Assembly (NCBI RefSeq): GCF_018350175.1
Contig: NC_058368.1
Location: 210,802,001-210,866,000, forward strand
Length of the DNA stretch: 64,000 nucleotides
Origin: Felis catus
Lineage: Eukaryota
Reading direction: 5' to 3'
The notes beneath the pieces were generated by a model that searched no databases, had not been told where the DNA came from, and saw only the letters and a list, made by a program, of their open reading frames with translations. The first letter of the stretch is position 1; each line of letters opens with the position of its first letter. A program made the translations under genes and the position numbers. Positions 51,786 to 64,000 of this stretch are shown one piece after another.

Positions 51786-52668
51786 TGAGAAAAGTACATG
51801 GCATAGGGTAAGGTCTCTGTCACTGTGAACTATTATTATAGTTGATTAAGTGCAGGGAGGTAATGAAAATATTCATCTGCTTAGGGTCTGGAGATCTGTC
51901 TTCTGGTCCTTTTTCTTTAATGTCTAGATAATTGTGTTACCTATACTGAATCACATCACCCTTTGGATCTTGATTATTTAATATGCAAAATGAGAAGTTT
52001 GGATGGAAAGTCATGCCCACTTCTGTCTTTCTGGGAGTCTACTTTTCAAGGACCCTAGTCGAGACAACAATTTGCCTATGATAAAAGTCAACTTGTAGAC
52101 TGCTATTACCGTAGTGTCTCTTTTGAACCTATAAAGGATGAAACGCAGTGAGTTACATCTACACAGTGCATAACATTATTATCATCATTATCAGTAGTAG
52201 TCGTATGAAATTTATAAAGTTGACCATCTTGCTACTATTATTTCCTTATAGGGTGGTCACAATTAATTTGTGACTAAATTCCCAACACTAAAACTAAAAT
52301 CCTTTACTCTTTTGAGAATACTTTTCCTCAGGAACGTTTCTAAGTCTCTTCTAAGGCATGTTATAGAGATTGCAAGCTGCTGCTAAGTGTTCCTAGCTTG
52401 TTAAATCAGTATCATGTTCATTTGCTCAGAGATTCTAGCCTGAAAAAAAAGTGAAGTATTTTCATTTCTGAAAAATGAAATAGAAAATCCTTTTCTTCTT
52501 CAAAGTTGGAGAAAAAGGTCATGATGGATTTTTTTCCACACAGTATATGAAAGTCTTTCTTAGCTTTTTCTTGATCTTTCCTTTCTGGCCCATTGTAAAC
52601 AAGATGACTGATAGCTGGGAACAGGACCAGAGGAAACACGGTTTCTCCTTTTATTTGCTCTCTCTAAA

Positions 52669-52795
52669 CCAGTGGTTCCCAAAGTATTGTCAGAGACCCT
52701 TCCAAGAGGTCTCTAATGCCCAAATTATCTTCCTAGTAACATGAAGACATTATTTGCCTTTTTCACTCCCATTCTCTCTGGTGTGTACAGTCGAG
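52669..52795 (+). mobile_element. hAT-type DNA transposon fragment
   Basis: cagtggttcccaaag terminus plus aagacattatttgcctttttcactcccattctct. Confidence 0.55.
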
Positions 52796-54489
52796 TAGGA
52801 AAAACAGAGACCAGACTTTGAGGTTAGAATGAGTCCATAGGCAGACCCCACGTCAAGTTGTTGAAACTCAATGAGAAGAAGAAGCTTTAAACTGAGAAGG
52901 GAATGGGGTTGGTCCAGGTAAACTCTCAGGCAGGTTCAGATCTTAAAGGTCTGAAGGCAGCTTTGTACATTAAAGCCAACTCCCTCAGGTGTGGGGGCAC
53001 AACCTTCTGAACCCAAGCTATTCACCTAGCTATAAAAATTACCACCACCACTTGAGGGCAGTACCTTCAAATCACATACAGAACATGTAGCCACTTTACA
53101 TTGCTAGATCGGTTCCAAATGTCCTAATGCACTGAAGTATTTTAAGACTGAAAGAAGGCAAGGAATTAAAAAAAAAAAACATAGCACATTTTTTCCCAGA
53201 TTTGCAAAAACGGAAATTTTATTTACTCTGGCATTTATATTAATCTGTTTTAATATCATTAAGGAATCAAAATGCTTTTGAAAGCCCCCTTGTTAAGTAC
53301 TTTATAATAGTTAAATGTTAATTAAATGTACTATTTATTTACTAATCTTATTAAAAAATAAGGCCTTGCTAACATATGTTAAATTTGTAATTCACATTTG
53401 GCACATATGGTTGTGCAATTCATTTTAAACAACAAAGACTTTTAACCACTGTGTGTTCAGAACTGTATAATAGGTTTAATATTTTAAAGCCAGAAACAAC
53501 ATAGGCTATAATTAAATATGTTACAATAGCTGAACTTCAGACTTGCAGTGGAAATTCCTTTATTTCTATGAAGCTTTAGATAGTTGAGGTAGGAAGAATG
53601 ATTCTCTGAATGCAAAGTGTCCTACTGTCTTTTCCATCCAATTACATGATCAAGTCACTATCTCTAAGCTTATTATATAACTTCAGAATTGCAGAAGCAA
53701 ACTTTTGGGGAAGGATTAATTTGCTAGTAGCTGTACTTCAGAAAGCAGGCATCCAAGAAATGTACAGATAATGATTATAATGGGTGTTCTTCTTCCAGAA
53801 GCAAAATAGGAGGGCATAACCTTTCAAAACTTCCAAACAAATTTCTTCTCTGTGGTCTTCTATAAGGGAACACTGGTGCTATGTTAGCGAGCGGCTTTCC
53901 TTCCTCCTGTTCTTCCTCCAGAGCAGTGGGAAAAAGTTAAATACACATATTAACTCTTGTTGAGAGACGAACTTGAAGGGAATACTTGTATTTTTCACGT
54001 GACATTTCAGGTGGAGGACTTGTGAAGTATTTTGTATATATAAATTTTCGGGCAGCCTCTGGAAAGAAACAAGGACTACAAAGGTTATAGATGTGCTTCT
54101 TGATTCTTTCAAGAGAAAACTTTTATAGAGAGCTTACTAATCAACACGTAAACCTGAGGAGAGAGTTAATTTTTTTAAAGGACACTTTGAAAAAGGAGAT
54201 TTCTGAGAATATAGTAAGTCTTTCGCTTTCTGTGCCAGTAAGCCCATTTCCAACAGTGACAGGCAGGATCGAACAGCCTGCTGATCCGGGATCTCAGCTC
54301 AGTTAGAGCCGAAGCCAGATTATGCATATAAAATTTCCCACAACACTTGGCACGGAGTGAGCTAATATATATGATTATTATTTTAGAAGGTAAACTCTGA
54401 GGGAGTAACTGAACTTCTTTCCCATTCCTTCCTTTCCCTTAGCTGCCTTTTCACCTACCTCCTTGCCTTAAGTGGGATTAATTCATTTA

Positions 54490-54686
54490 TTTTTTTTAAT
54501 ATTTATTTATTTTTGAGAGACTGCAAGTGGGGGAGGGGCAGAGAGAGGGGATCAGAGGATCTGAAGTGGGCTCTGCCCGGACACGCTGACAGCAGCGAGC
54601 CTGATGTGGGGCTTGAACAATGAACTGAGAGATCATGACCTGAGCCGAAGTCAGACACTCAACCGGCTGAGCCACCCAGGTGCCCC
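54490..54686 (-). mobile_element. CAN-SINE
   Basis: Reverse SINE; TSD aattcattt. Confidence 0.92.
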
Positions 54687-56714
54687 AATTCATTTTTTTA
54701 ACAAAGATTTATTGGGTGGCTATTCTACGCCTGGCACTGATTTTGGCACTGGTTGACAACATTGAACTTTACTTCAGCCTGGAAACCAGTGAGGGCAGCA
54801 GCTCTGCCTGCATATGCATTGAGACCCAGTGGAGGAAGCCAGCAAGGGTGGATGCCAACAATCAGGCACCAGGAACCTCTCCCCAGTGGTGGTAGGACAA
54901 GGCAGGGGCTGGAGCTTAGGGGTCTTCCAGAGGGATCAAAGGAGGCCCTGATTTCACTGAGTTCATACCAGGGACAACTGAGAAAAAAATCCACGTACCC
55001 TGGCTTGATCAAACTAGGTTTTCTACTATCAGGTGCAATGTGATTTTAAATAGAGATTAAGATTCCACTTGCTGAACATGTGGTCTGCAATATCAAACTA
55101 GCTCTTTTATTTTGCAGTGTTAATTACTTTTAGTCTTAGTAAGTAGGGAAGCCATCCCACAGTGTAGGTCTGTTTCTCTGATTCCAGATTTTGTTTCCCA
55201 GAGTCTGGCTGAGCACCTCTGGTACTGATTGATGTTCAGCTCTTCAATTTTGGGCATTCAGTAAACAGGTCGTTTGGCTATTTGTTTTCTTGTGTCTTCC
55301 TCATGAAAATTTCCTTTGGGTATCCTCTCACATTAGCCAGCCAGCAGGGGACATGTGCCCCCTCATCAAGAAGAATGAAAAATTAAACAATCTCACCAGT
55401 GTTATCACACAACTCGGGGGGGAAAGACACTTAGGTTGTATTTGGGACGTAAACAGCACTTGCTTGAGTTGTGTAATGTGAATTTCACCACTCACAGGCA
55501 GCTGTCCTTCAATGATCTGGGAATATTTCCTTCCACCCAGCATTTTTTATGCATATTTATACCCTTTGTAAACATATTTTTAATCTTACCTAATAATTTT
55601 AATACATATGCCATAATTTACATAATAATTACTTTTTTAGACAATTAGTATGCCTACAAGACTTTGCTATTAAAAATATAAGTGGAATCTCTTGTGTACA
55701 ATTATTCACATGTTCAGTTGTTGCTTTAGGCTAAATTCTCAGAAATAGGTCAAAGGGTGTGGACATTGTCAAGGCTCTTAATACTCAGCTAAAAATTGTC
55801 TTCCAGGAATATTACTCTGATTTATTCTCCCATTAACTGTGCATGAGAGTGGATTTTTCACAGTAACTTTGCCAGTTTCAGAAGTCTCATTTATCAAATG
55901 GCAAATTAGCAGATTAAGATAGTGAGTGAGCTGGAGGGAGTCAAATTTTGTGCATTTCAGAAAGACAATTTCTTATTGACATTAATGTATGATGTATGCA
56001 AGAACATTAGAAACATGCACACCATTTGAACTAGTAAACAAAAGTTTTCCATAAGAAAAAATGGAGAGCGTGTGCAAAAATGGGCATTTAAGAATGTTTA
56101 TAACACGCAAAATAGTGAAAAATAGAAGCAACTTTAAAAAATAAGATTATTGAATAAATTATGAAATACCTACATAATCAAGCATTACAAAGCTACAAAA
56201 AATGTCATAGTAAAATATTTTACATGGAATATTAATGAGATGTTAGGTAAAAAATCAACAAAAATGAGTAAAAAATATTTTTGAAATTTAAAAAACTATA
56301 TCCTGTTTTTTAAAAAAAACTGTGGAAGGAAGTATCAAAATATTTACAGTGGATTCTGGGCGTTTTTAGTTTGTTTGGTTTATTTTTCTCAATATGCTTT
56401 ATTTTATAGTATTTCATATTATAAAATGTATACTTTAAAGAAAAAGCACATAAAATCTTTTAGGTTTATAAAACTACGATCAATGATCCAGAAATTTGGC
56501 AAAATCCACTATAATTAACATTAACATTGTAAATAATTTTTTTTAATATCACTCAAAACCATTTACCAGAATCAGCTTTGTTTTTATTCTCTCGAAAATG
56601 GGTGTCCTTCCTCAGCCACACTAATGTGTTGACTATTTTTTGTCATCCACTTAACTGTACTTAGGAGCCAGTGCTTTACATTTCCCATAATTCTTCATTA
56701 AAACTCATAACACA

Positions 56715-56933
56715 GGGGCACCTGGGTGGCTCAGTCGGTTGAGCATCCGACTTTGGCTCAGATCATGATCTCGTGGTTCATGAGTTCCAGCCCCGTGTCG
56801 GGCTCTGTGCTGACAGCTCAGAGCCTGGAGCCTGCTTCGGATTCCGTGTCTCCTTCTTTCTCTGCCCCTTCCCCGCTCATGCTCTGTCTCTATCTCTCAA
56901 AAATAAATAAACGTTAAAAAAAATAAAAAATAA
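56715..56933 (+). mobile_element. CAN-SINE
   Basis: Perfect TSD aaaactcataacaca at 56700-56714 and 56934-56948. Confidence 0.95.
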
Positions 56934-57164
56934 AAAACTCATAACACAAAGCATGTGTTTCCATTGTATTTTCATATATTTTACCACTGATAAAAAGATT
57001 AACCAAATTTTTAAAAATCACAAGTTTGAGAAAAGTTTTAAATACACAGCAATGTGTGACCCTTGGAAGCCCATCTTGCACAGATAGGCAGTCTCTGCGA
57101 GTCCTCTTTCCTGATGTGTCCCAACCTGTTGCATCTAATTACTGCTAATTAGTGTACTCCTTTG

Positions 57165-57302
57165 CTGCTCAAAATATGTTCTGCTAACCAAGGGCATTGA
57201 CATCTCCTGGGAGCTTTTGAAAATCCAAAATCTCCAGCCCTTTCAAGACCTACTGCAGTTCTCCATTTAATTTCTATGCACGTGAATGTTTGGGAAGCAC
57301 GG
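57165..57302. mobile_element. MER5-like hAT-Charlie MITE
   Basis: gcattgacatctcctgggagcttttgaaaat...agacctactg...atgcacgtgaatgtttgggaagcac. Confidence 0.65.
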
Positions 57303-58149
57303 GGCCAGGAGTGATGACAATAAGCTCTTCTACCTTTTTGTGGGTTTTGATTTGTTGAATTCCATTTAAACTTCGCCTTGGAGGTGAAAACAACTATTAC
57401 AACGGCTTGAAGTGAATTTTTTTTTCTTTAAACTGGATCAAATGCCACCGCATGATTTCAAACCAAACAAGTCAAGATAAAGTTGAAGTTTTCCTGGAAA
57501 ATTCAAAGGGAAGAAAAAAAATCACAGACAATTGCTCAACTATACCTGTCAAACCTACATATATTGTATGTATGATACAAGTGATAATATTCCTTCTTTT
57601 TATCCACAGGCCATATCAAACCAAAACAGACTCCTATATATAAGCAATTACTGCATCAGAGTTCTATGAATGACATTTTCTGCTGGCAGATTCTTTGTAA
57701 TGAAAGCAGATTCTTTGAAAACTACACTTTAAAAATATAAATATTTGATCTGGAGCAATTCAGAAAAATACCTTGACAATTTTTGACCACTTATGCTCAA
57801 TACCTCTGGCCGAAAATAATATTCCTTGTTAAAAAGAGCAGATGGAAAGTTTTCTTCTGAAAATCACTATTAATAAGACAATCTCTTCAATCCCTGCAAG
57901 AATTTCACAGTATGTACAACTGTAAACAGAGTAACAGGAAAAAAAAAAAGAAAAATTATTGTTTTTCCTATGAGCCCAGCAGAAATAATCACTCTATTCA
58001 TTAAACTTGTGAGGAGTAGAAAGGTAAGTCTCTAAAATAAATTTTGCCACTTATTGTTGTAACTTTCCTGAAAGAGATTCTTCTGAGCATTCTAAGAAGC
58101 TGGGTTTTGGGTCGCTGATCAGCCAACTTTTGGTAGACTGAGAGAGGCC

Positions 58150-58915
58150 GTGAGTTCTTTGACATTTCTCCCTTCAAGAGGTCAGGTCTAATGCCCCTCT
58201 CTTTGCAACCGGTGTGGCCTTGTAACTGATAGAAAGCAGGGAGAGTGACACAGTGTGATGTCCAGGGCTAGATCAGAAGATCACAAGGCAGCCCTTGCCT
58301 CGTTTCTTGGAACGCAGCCTAGGTGGGTGCCGCACGTGGGACTCTCCTCCCCGGACCCAGCAGCCATGCTGGGAGAAGCCCAGGCCATACAGAGAGGCCT
58401 GTGCCCTTGCTCCAGGTGACGCCTCAGCTGACAGCCCTATGAGCCATTCTGACACTCACTGCAGATGGTGGGAGCCTCTGCCAATGTCTGACTGCAACAG
58501 CATGGGAGGCCACAAGTGACAATCGCCAGCTGCCCGCTTCCTGAATTCCTGACCACAAAATAAAATGGGTGCTTTTACCATACAGAGAAAGACAGATACC
58601 ATATGGTTTCACTCTTATGTGGATCCTGAGAAACTTAACAGAAACCCATGGGGGAGGGGAAGGAAAAAAAAAAGAGGTTCGAGTGGGAGAGAGCCAAAGC
58701 ATAAGAGACTCTTAAAAACTGAGAATAAACTGAGGGTGATGGGAGGTGGGAAAGAGGAGAGGGTAGGTGATAGGCATTGAAGAGGGCATCTTTTGGGATG
58801 AGCACTGGGTGTTGTATGGAAACCAATTTGACAATAAATTTCATATATGAAAAAAAATGAGTGCTTTTAGATGCTCAATTTGTAGGTAATTTCTTCTACA
58901 GCAATAGGTAAAACA
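58150..58915 (+). mobile_element. MaLR LTR (MLT1-like), interrupted by L1
   Basis: ctcccttcaagaggtcaggtctaatgcccctc...gccatgctgggagaagcccagg...cctgaattcctgaccacaaaa...gtaatttcttctacagcaatag. Confidence 0.75.
58578..58853 (+). mobile_element. Young felid LINE-1 3' end (5'-truncated)
   Basis: Highly similar to 48938-49215; TSD aaaatg(g/a)gtgctttta at 58562-58577 and 58854-58869. Confidence 0.93.
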
Positions 58916-59430
58916 CCATCAAATACCCACAGTCCCTGTACACAGAATCTGTGTTTTCCTATCCCTTGCCCTCTAGATCCCTTAGCATTGACTATTTCTT
59001 CAGCACTAATGTTAACCATAGCTTTGTCTGTTCATAAATAACTTGATGACGTCAGATTGCTAAAATGTCATCCGCCTAATTTCATTTTGCTTCTCAGAGC
59101 CTAATCACCCAGTTAAACTGCCTGACAACAACAATGAACTCAGCATTGTTGTTGCTGGGATTGGATTTGTATCATGGCCCAAATAGACAATAGCCCTGCA
59201 TACCTGAACCCATGAAAAAGCTGGGGACAAGCTAAAAAGAGCAGTATGTAAAAGGCAAGCAGAAACTGATGAATGAGAAAATAAAAACATTGTTGGCCAC
59301 TTTTGCATAAGGCTTTTCTAAATATAATATCGCACCACAGTTTGTTCCAGAGCATGAGTGTTTTCCCCAAAACTTTCACAAAACACCTATTTTTGCAGAA
59401 ATGGGCCAGCTAAAAGAATTATGACTTTGG

Positions 59431-59881
59431 GGGGCGCCTGGGTGGCTTAGTTGGTTAAGCGTCCGACTTCCGCTCAGGTCATGATCTCGCGGTTTGTGAG
59501 TTCAGGCCCCGCGTCCGGCTCTGTTCTGACAGCTCAGAGCCTGGAGCCTGTTTCAGATTCTTTGTCTCCCTCTCTCTGACCCTCCCCTGTTCATCCTCTG
59601 TCTCTCCCTGTCTCAAAAATAAATAAACGTTAGGGGCGCCTGGGTGGCGCAGTCGGTTAAGCGTCCGACTTCAGCCAGGTCACGATCTCGCGGTCCGTGA
59701 GTTCGAGCCCCGCGTCGGGCTCTGGGCTGATGGCTCGGAGCCTGGAGCCTGTTTCCGATTCTGTGTCTCCCTCTCTCTCTGCCCCTCCCCCGTTCATGCT
59801 CTGTCTCTCTCTGTCCCAAAAATAAAATAAACGTTGAAAAAAAAAATTAAAAAAAAATAAATAAACGTTAAAAAAAATTTT
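59431..59881 (+). mobile_element. CAN-SINE with a young SINEC_Fc-type copy (59633-59852) inserted in its tail
   Basis: Outer TSD aaaga(a/g)tta(t/c)gactttgg at 59413-59430 and 59882-59899; inner TSD aaaaataaataaacgtta at 59615-59632 and 59853-59870. Confidence 0.95.
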
Positions 59882-60087
59882 AAAGAGTTACGACTTTGGA
59901 ATTAAAGTTTGTTGCTTAAACAGAAGGTTATTTTCAGGCTATGGTTTGGAGTTCTTGACTTAAACCATAATTTTTCAGAAGTAAAGACCTCCATCATTTT
60001 ATGCCGCTTTTAGCCAGAGCCCATATGTATTTTTCCTGCCCCTGAAAGCTGGCTTTATCTGGATATTTCACTAGCTAAATATAATCT

Positions 60088-60092
<5 letters not shown>

Positions 60093-60134
<42 letters not shown>
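60093..60134. repeat. (TA)n microsatellite, ~21 units
   Basis: Visible directly in the sequence. Confidence 0.95.
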
Positions 60135-60137
<3 letters not shown>

Positions 60138-62506
60138 GTTCCTTCTTTTGGAACTCACCTAGGCCATGTTTTGGCATACTCAAATAGGGCATAGAAATCC
60201 CAGATATTGGGAAAGGATATGGGTCTTTTCCAGGGCTGAGAGGTGAAGGCATTTGAAGATGTTATGATGCTCACGAGATCCAGAGTAGCTGATCTCTATT
60301 GTGTGATCTGATGCCCTGTTCTCTCCATGAGGGTCCTGTGTTATTTATATACTCAGTGGGACACTGACGAAAGGGAAATCAAATCATCACTTTACTCTTA
60401 GCCAGACTATGGCCCAATACCATAATGTAAGAATCCCATCCCACACAAAGTTAGAATGTGCAACTTAGGCTAGAGGCCCAAGCAGGCCTCTCTTTTCCCA
60501 CAGGGCCCCTAAATCTGCTGCCAACTAAAGAAATGCAATCCCCTCAGGGCCTGAATGATGTCTAAAAAGAGGAAAGAGGAAACATGGTGACTAAGCCCTT
60601 AGGTGAATTTACCCATCTTACTGCATGTGTAGAATCACAGTGAGAGCAAGATTCAGGTTCATGCCAGCTCGTGATAATTAAGCACACAGAAGGCTGGAAG
60701 CCAAAGGCTACAAGCTGCCACCATATGTTCATGCACAGTGGCCATGCCACCGGGGAGAAGTGGCTCAATTGTTTGGGCAACTCCAGTCACGTTATCAGCC
60801 ACACCTCCCCACAAGGTACAGCAGAGTAACAAGAAGAAAATGAGAAAAGAGAACTTCCCCAGTTTTGCTCATCTTAGATAAGTTTTTATTGCTCCTAAAC
60901 TTGTGAAGCACAAACTTGTATATCGACTCTGCTCATCATCTGAAAATGAAGGTAATAAAGTCTATACTGCATAGTTGTGAAAATTAGCTTTGTTAGAGGA
61001 GTTAATGTCTGTTGTAACTTAAAGTTCAGAGGTATTTCTTTGATTTAAATATTGACTCAATGGTAAAAAGAAAGGTTTTGAAAGTGCATATTTAAGGGAA
61101 TGGGTAATTCTGTCACAGATGATTAATTATGCTGATCACATAAACATTAGTGGCTGGTGTTGCTATGATGTCCCGGGAGCCCTCAGTCTGCCTGTGTTTT
61201 CACTTGTCTACTTCCTCCCATCTCTCTTCAATATAATCCAGTCAGGCTTTCACCATGCTTCTGCATCGATGCTCCTCTTGTCGAGGTCACCATTGAATGC
61301 CAGTTTGTCAAACCCAGGTGCAGTGGAAGCCCTGTGTCCATGTGGAACAGCCACAGTAGAGTAACAGATGGGTAGAGTTTACCATGGGGAGGACTTGAGG
61401 CAACCCCACCCTGGTTCCCCCTAGTTTCTGTGAGGCATGGAACAGACCCCAAAAGTCCTTCCGTGAGACCTTTGAGGGGCAGGGAGAGGGAAGTAAGTGG
61501 AGGATATGGAAAATATTTCAAAATTAAGAGTCAGTATGGTTGGATTGGTACAAGCAAGGGAAGCCTATGGTAAGGCCGTGGAATGGACAAGCCAATATCT
61601 AGTACAACTAAGTCTTTGAGGTTCAAGGGAGGTAGGAAGGAAGTGCAGGCAGTAGTGGGGGATTGCTTTCTTCTTTGACTTCATGCTTTCCTGAGCAGAC
61701 CTCAATAGAATCACAATCCCGGGCCCCTCCACCTCATCACTTCTCACCAGGAACAGAGGAGGAATGGACGTGATACTGAATTGGGGAGAGAGAACTGAGA
61801 TAATGTAGCTCATTTCTTCCCTCTGTCTCTGGATCTTTCTGCCTGCAGAGCACACATGTTGCTCTTCTCTCTTGAGGTAAATGGGACGTGTCTCTGCAGG
61901 GGGATGAGGAAGGCATAGAGGGGTTGGCTACATTTGTCCAGTTGTGCCAATGATGGGATGTCAGCCTGTCCAATTAGATAGAGAACTAACCTACAAGGTT
62001 AGTTGTAACTTTCTGGGCTACAAGACCTAAGCTATGATGTCCCATATTCTTTTGGTCAGCAATCTCAATTTCCCCAAGTCTTCTGTTTTTCTCTTAATTG
62101 GATCTTAACTGGAGCATGAAAGAATCTTTAGTTTACTAGTTTTCTCAAATCTCAATAAAGATTCTAGGTGGCACTCTCAATAAATTTTGCTCTACAGGCA
62201 GCAACAATATGGCAACAGAATGAAGGGGAATGTGGGGTAAAGACAATGTGTGCGTGCAGATGTGTGTTTAATAGGAGCTATTATAGTGCACTTGTAGATC
62301 ATAGGATTATCCAATAGTAAGGGACAAACAACAGAAGATATGAGGGACAGATGATAATTGCAGGAACAGAGCCCTTCCCAAATGAAAAGAGTGCATGGAA
62401 TTCTGTGCATAAGTGAGGCGAGTGCCCTCAGAGGAGAGCAGGGACTGAATGCCCACAATAATAGAGAAAACAGAGGCTGTGAGTGAACATTTAGTCAACT
62501 GTGCGG

Positions 62507-62740
62507 GGGGGTGCCTGGGTGGCTCAGTCAGTTAAGCATCTGACTGTGTCTCAGGTCATGATCTTGTGGTCTGTGAGCTCGAGCCCTGTCTCGGGCTCTA
62601 TGCTAACAGCTCAGAGCCTGGAGTCTACTTCAGATTCTGTGTCTCCCTCTCCTTCCCCCCCCCCCACCCCGCGCCTCCCCTGCTTGCTCTCTCTTTCTCT
62701 CTCTGAAATAAACATTAAAAAAAATAAAAGATAATAATAA
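62507..62740 (+). mobile_element. CAN-SINE
   Basis: TSD tcaactgtgcgg at 62495-62506 and 62741-62752. Confidence 0.94.
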
Positions 62741-63532
62741 TCAACTGTGCGGAAGGACAGGGAAAGAAGTTCCTTCCTGATTGCTTCCATTTGCTCAATG
62801 AGGTGAAGAAACCAGGTCATCTGCTATTAAAATAAAGACGAAAATGTAAATATTTGGATCTAGGTTTGTTGATTCCATCTAATAATAATTCAGTTTCACC
62901 CAATGTCCATGTGATTTCTTCAACTTCTAACTAAACCTGAAATCCCTTTCCCCTGCAGGGATTCTGCTCTTTTTGGTTTTATTTTTTAATTCCCTTATGA
63001 ATATTTCTTCTTATTTTAAACGATCTCAAATTCTTTGCAGATGCAAAATTGGTAAATAACTAAACAGATGTGGGTGAACAGGTGAACAACATAAATGCAT
63101 GCTAATTGTAAAATGTTATAGCTATTGTTCACCATAAGATTTGTATTAAACTATATAACAGGGAAGAAGTTTTACCTCCCATTGTATTTCCCTGAGTGGA
63201 ATTTGAGACCAGCATAGTCCTATTTGCAGATCTGTGCTAGCAACATAGAACCCAAGACAAATTTAGCCATCTTTCCAGTATCCTGACCCTGGACCTACCA
63301 AAGAGGGTCTACTTAAAATATTACAATGCTTCTTAAATAAATATTTTAGAATGATAAACTCTTTAGTCCCCATTTTGATGAAGAGAGACACAGACAAGGG
63401 ACACCTAAGAAGCTTTCTCTGTGCTTTATAATATATAAAACAGGGAAAATAATTTTGAAATGAATCAAAGACATCTATCAAAGTTATGAGACTAAATCTT
63501 CTTTGTCCCCATTGTACTGTGATTTTATATGC

Positions 63533-64000
63533 TGTCATAGACTGTAAGTCTAAAGTTCTCTTTTGGCTAGCAAAAGAGTGGGACATAGGATTAAAGCGAG
63601 AGATGGTTAATGTCCAGGAAAAGACAAGAGCCCCGAATAAGGGTCCTTGCCCCATATTTATTAAGATCAGAAGGCTTACAAACATGATAGGTGTGCACAA
63701 AGAGACAAAGAAACTGTGAACATTAACCTGGGGACATGAGGGGGGGGGCATTGAAAATATACAGTGTTTGGGGTTTGGGTCAATATAAAACTAAATCCTG
63801 GAGCTGGGTAGATGAGCAGATGGTTGTTGGTTGTTAACGGCAGACAGGAGGTGCCGTACCTGTTTATCTTAGCCAGCCTAGTGGATGAGACAGATAGGGG
63901 GAATAACCTCAGGGTTAACAAGGCACCTTTTCTTTTGTTAACCATCTCCGCTCTGGGCTGCTTCTCCTGCAGCGCAGTGGTCCATGGTCCAATTAACCAG
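63533..64000 (-). mobile_element. Possible ERV LTR, running off the right edge
   Basis: Composition shifts at tgtcatag (a CA end on minus); AATAAA on minus at 63657-63662; CpGs retained. Family not recognised. Confidence 0.4.

Noticed and set aside
63263..63751. 162-aa ORF
   Set aside because: No recognisable homology or splice structure, and it straddles a probable repeat boundary.

Overview
Mammalian genomic DNA, almost certainly felid, judged from young CAN-SINEs of the cat SINEC_Fc type and cat-type L1 3' ends. The window holds the 5' part of SPEF2 (sperm flagellar protein 2/KPL2) on the minus strand. I reconstructed coding exons 1-7 by hand: 58, 103, 253, 171, 141, 65 and 187 nt, totalling 978 nt or 326 codons. 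All introns are GT-AG and the frame stays open throughout. The gene starts in a CpG island at ~36.8-37.5 kb that carries tandem RFX X-boxes, and it runs off the left edge inside intron 7. The ~26 kb upstream of the promoter (37.5-64 kb) contains no recognisable gene. The remainder is interspersed repeats: about 27 CAN-SINEs (several nested), L1, MIR, L2, LTRs, Tigger1 and microsatellites. Almost all ORFs in the supplied track are repeat-derived or chance ORFs. I see no evidence of a new multi-gene system. The best second-look items are regulatory or mutational: a candidate internal SPEF2 first exon before exon 4, a promoter-like module in intron 1, weak splice sites on symmetric exons 4 and 5, repeated SINE-in-SINE and same-site insertions, and a template-switch footprint. 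Repeat family names come from recalled consensus sequences, not from a search.
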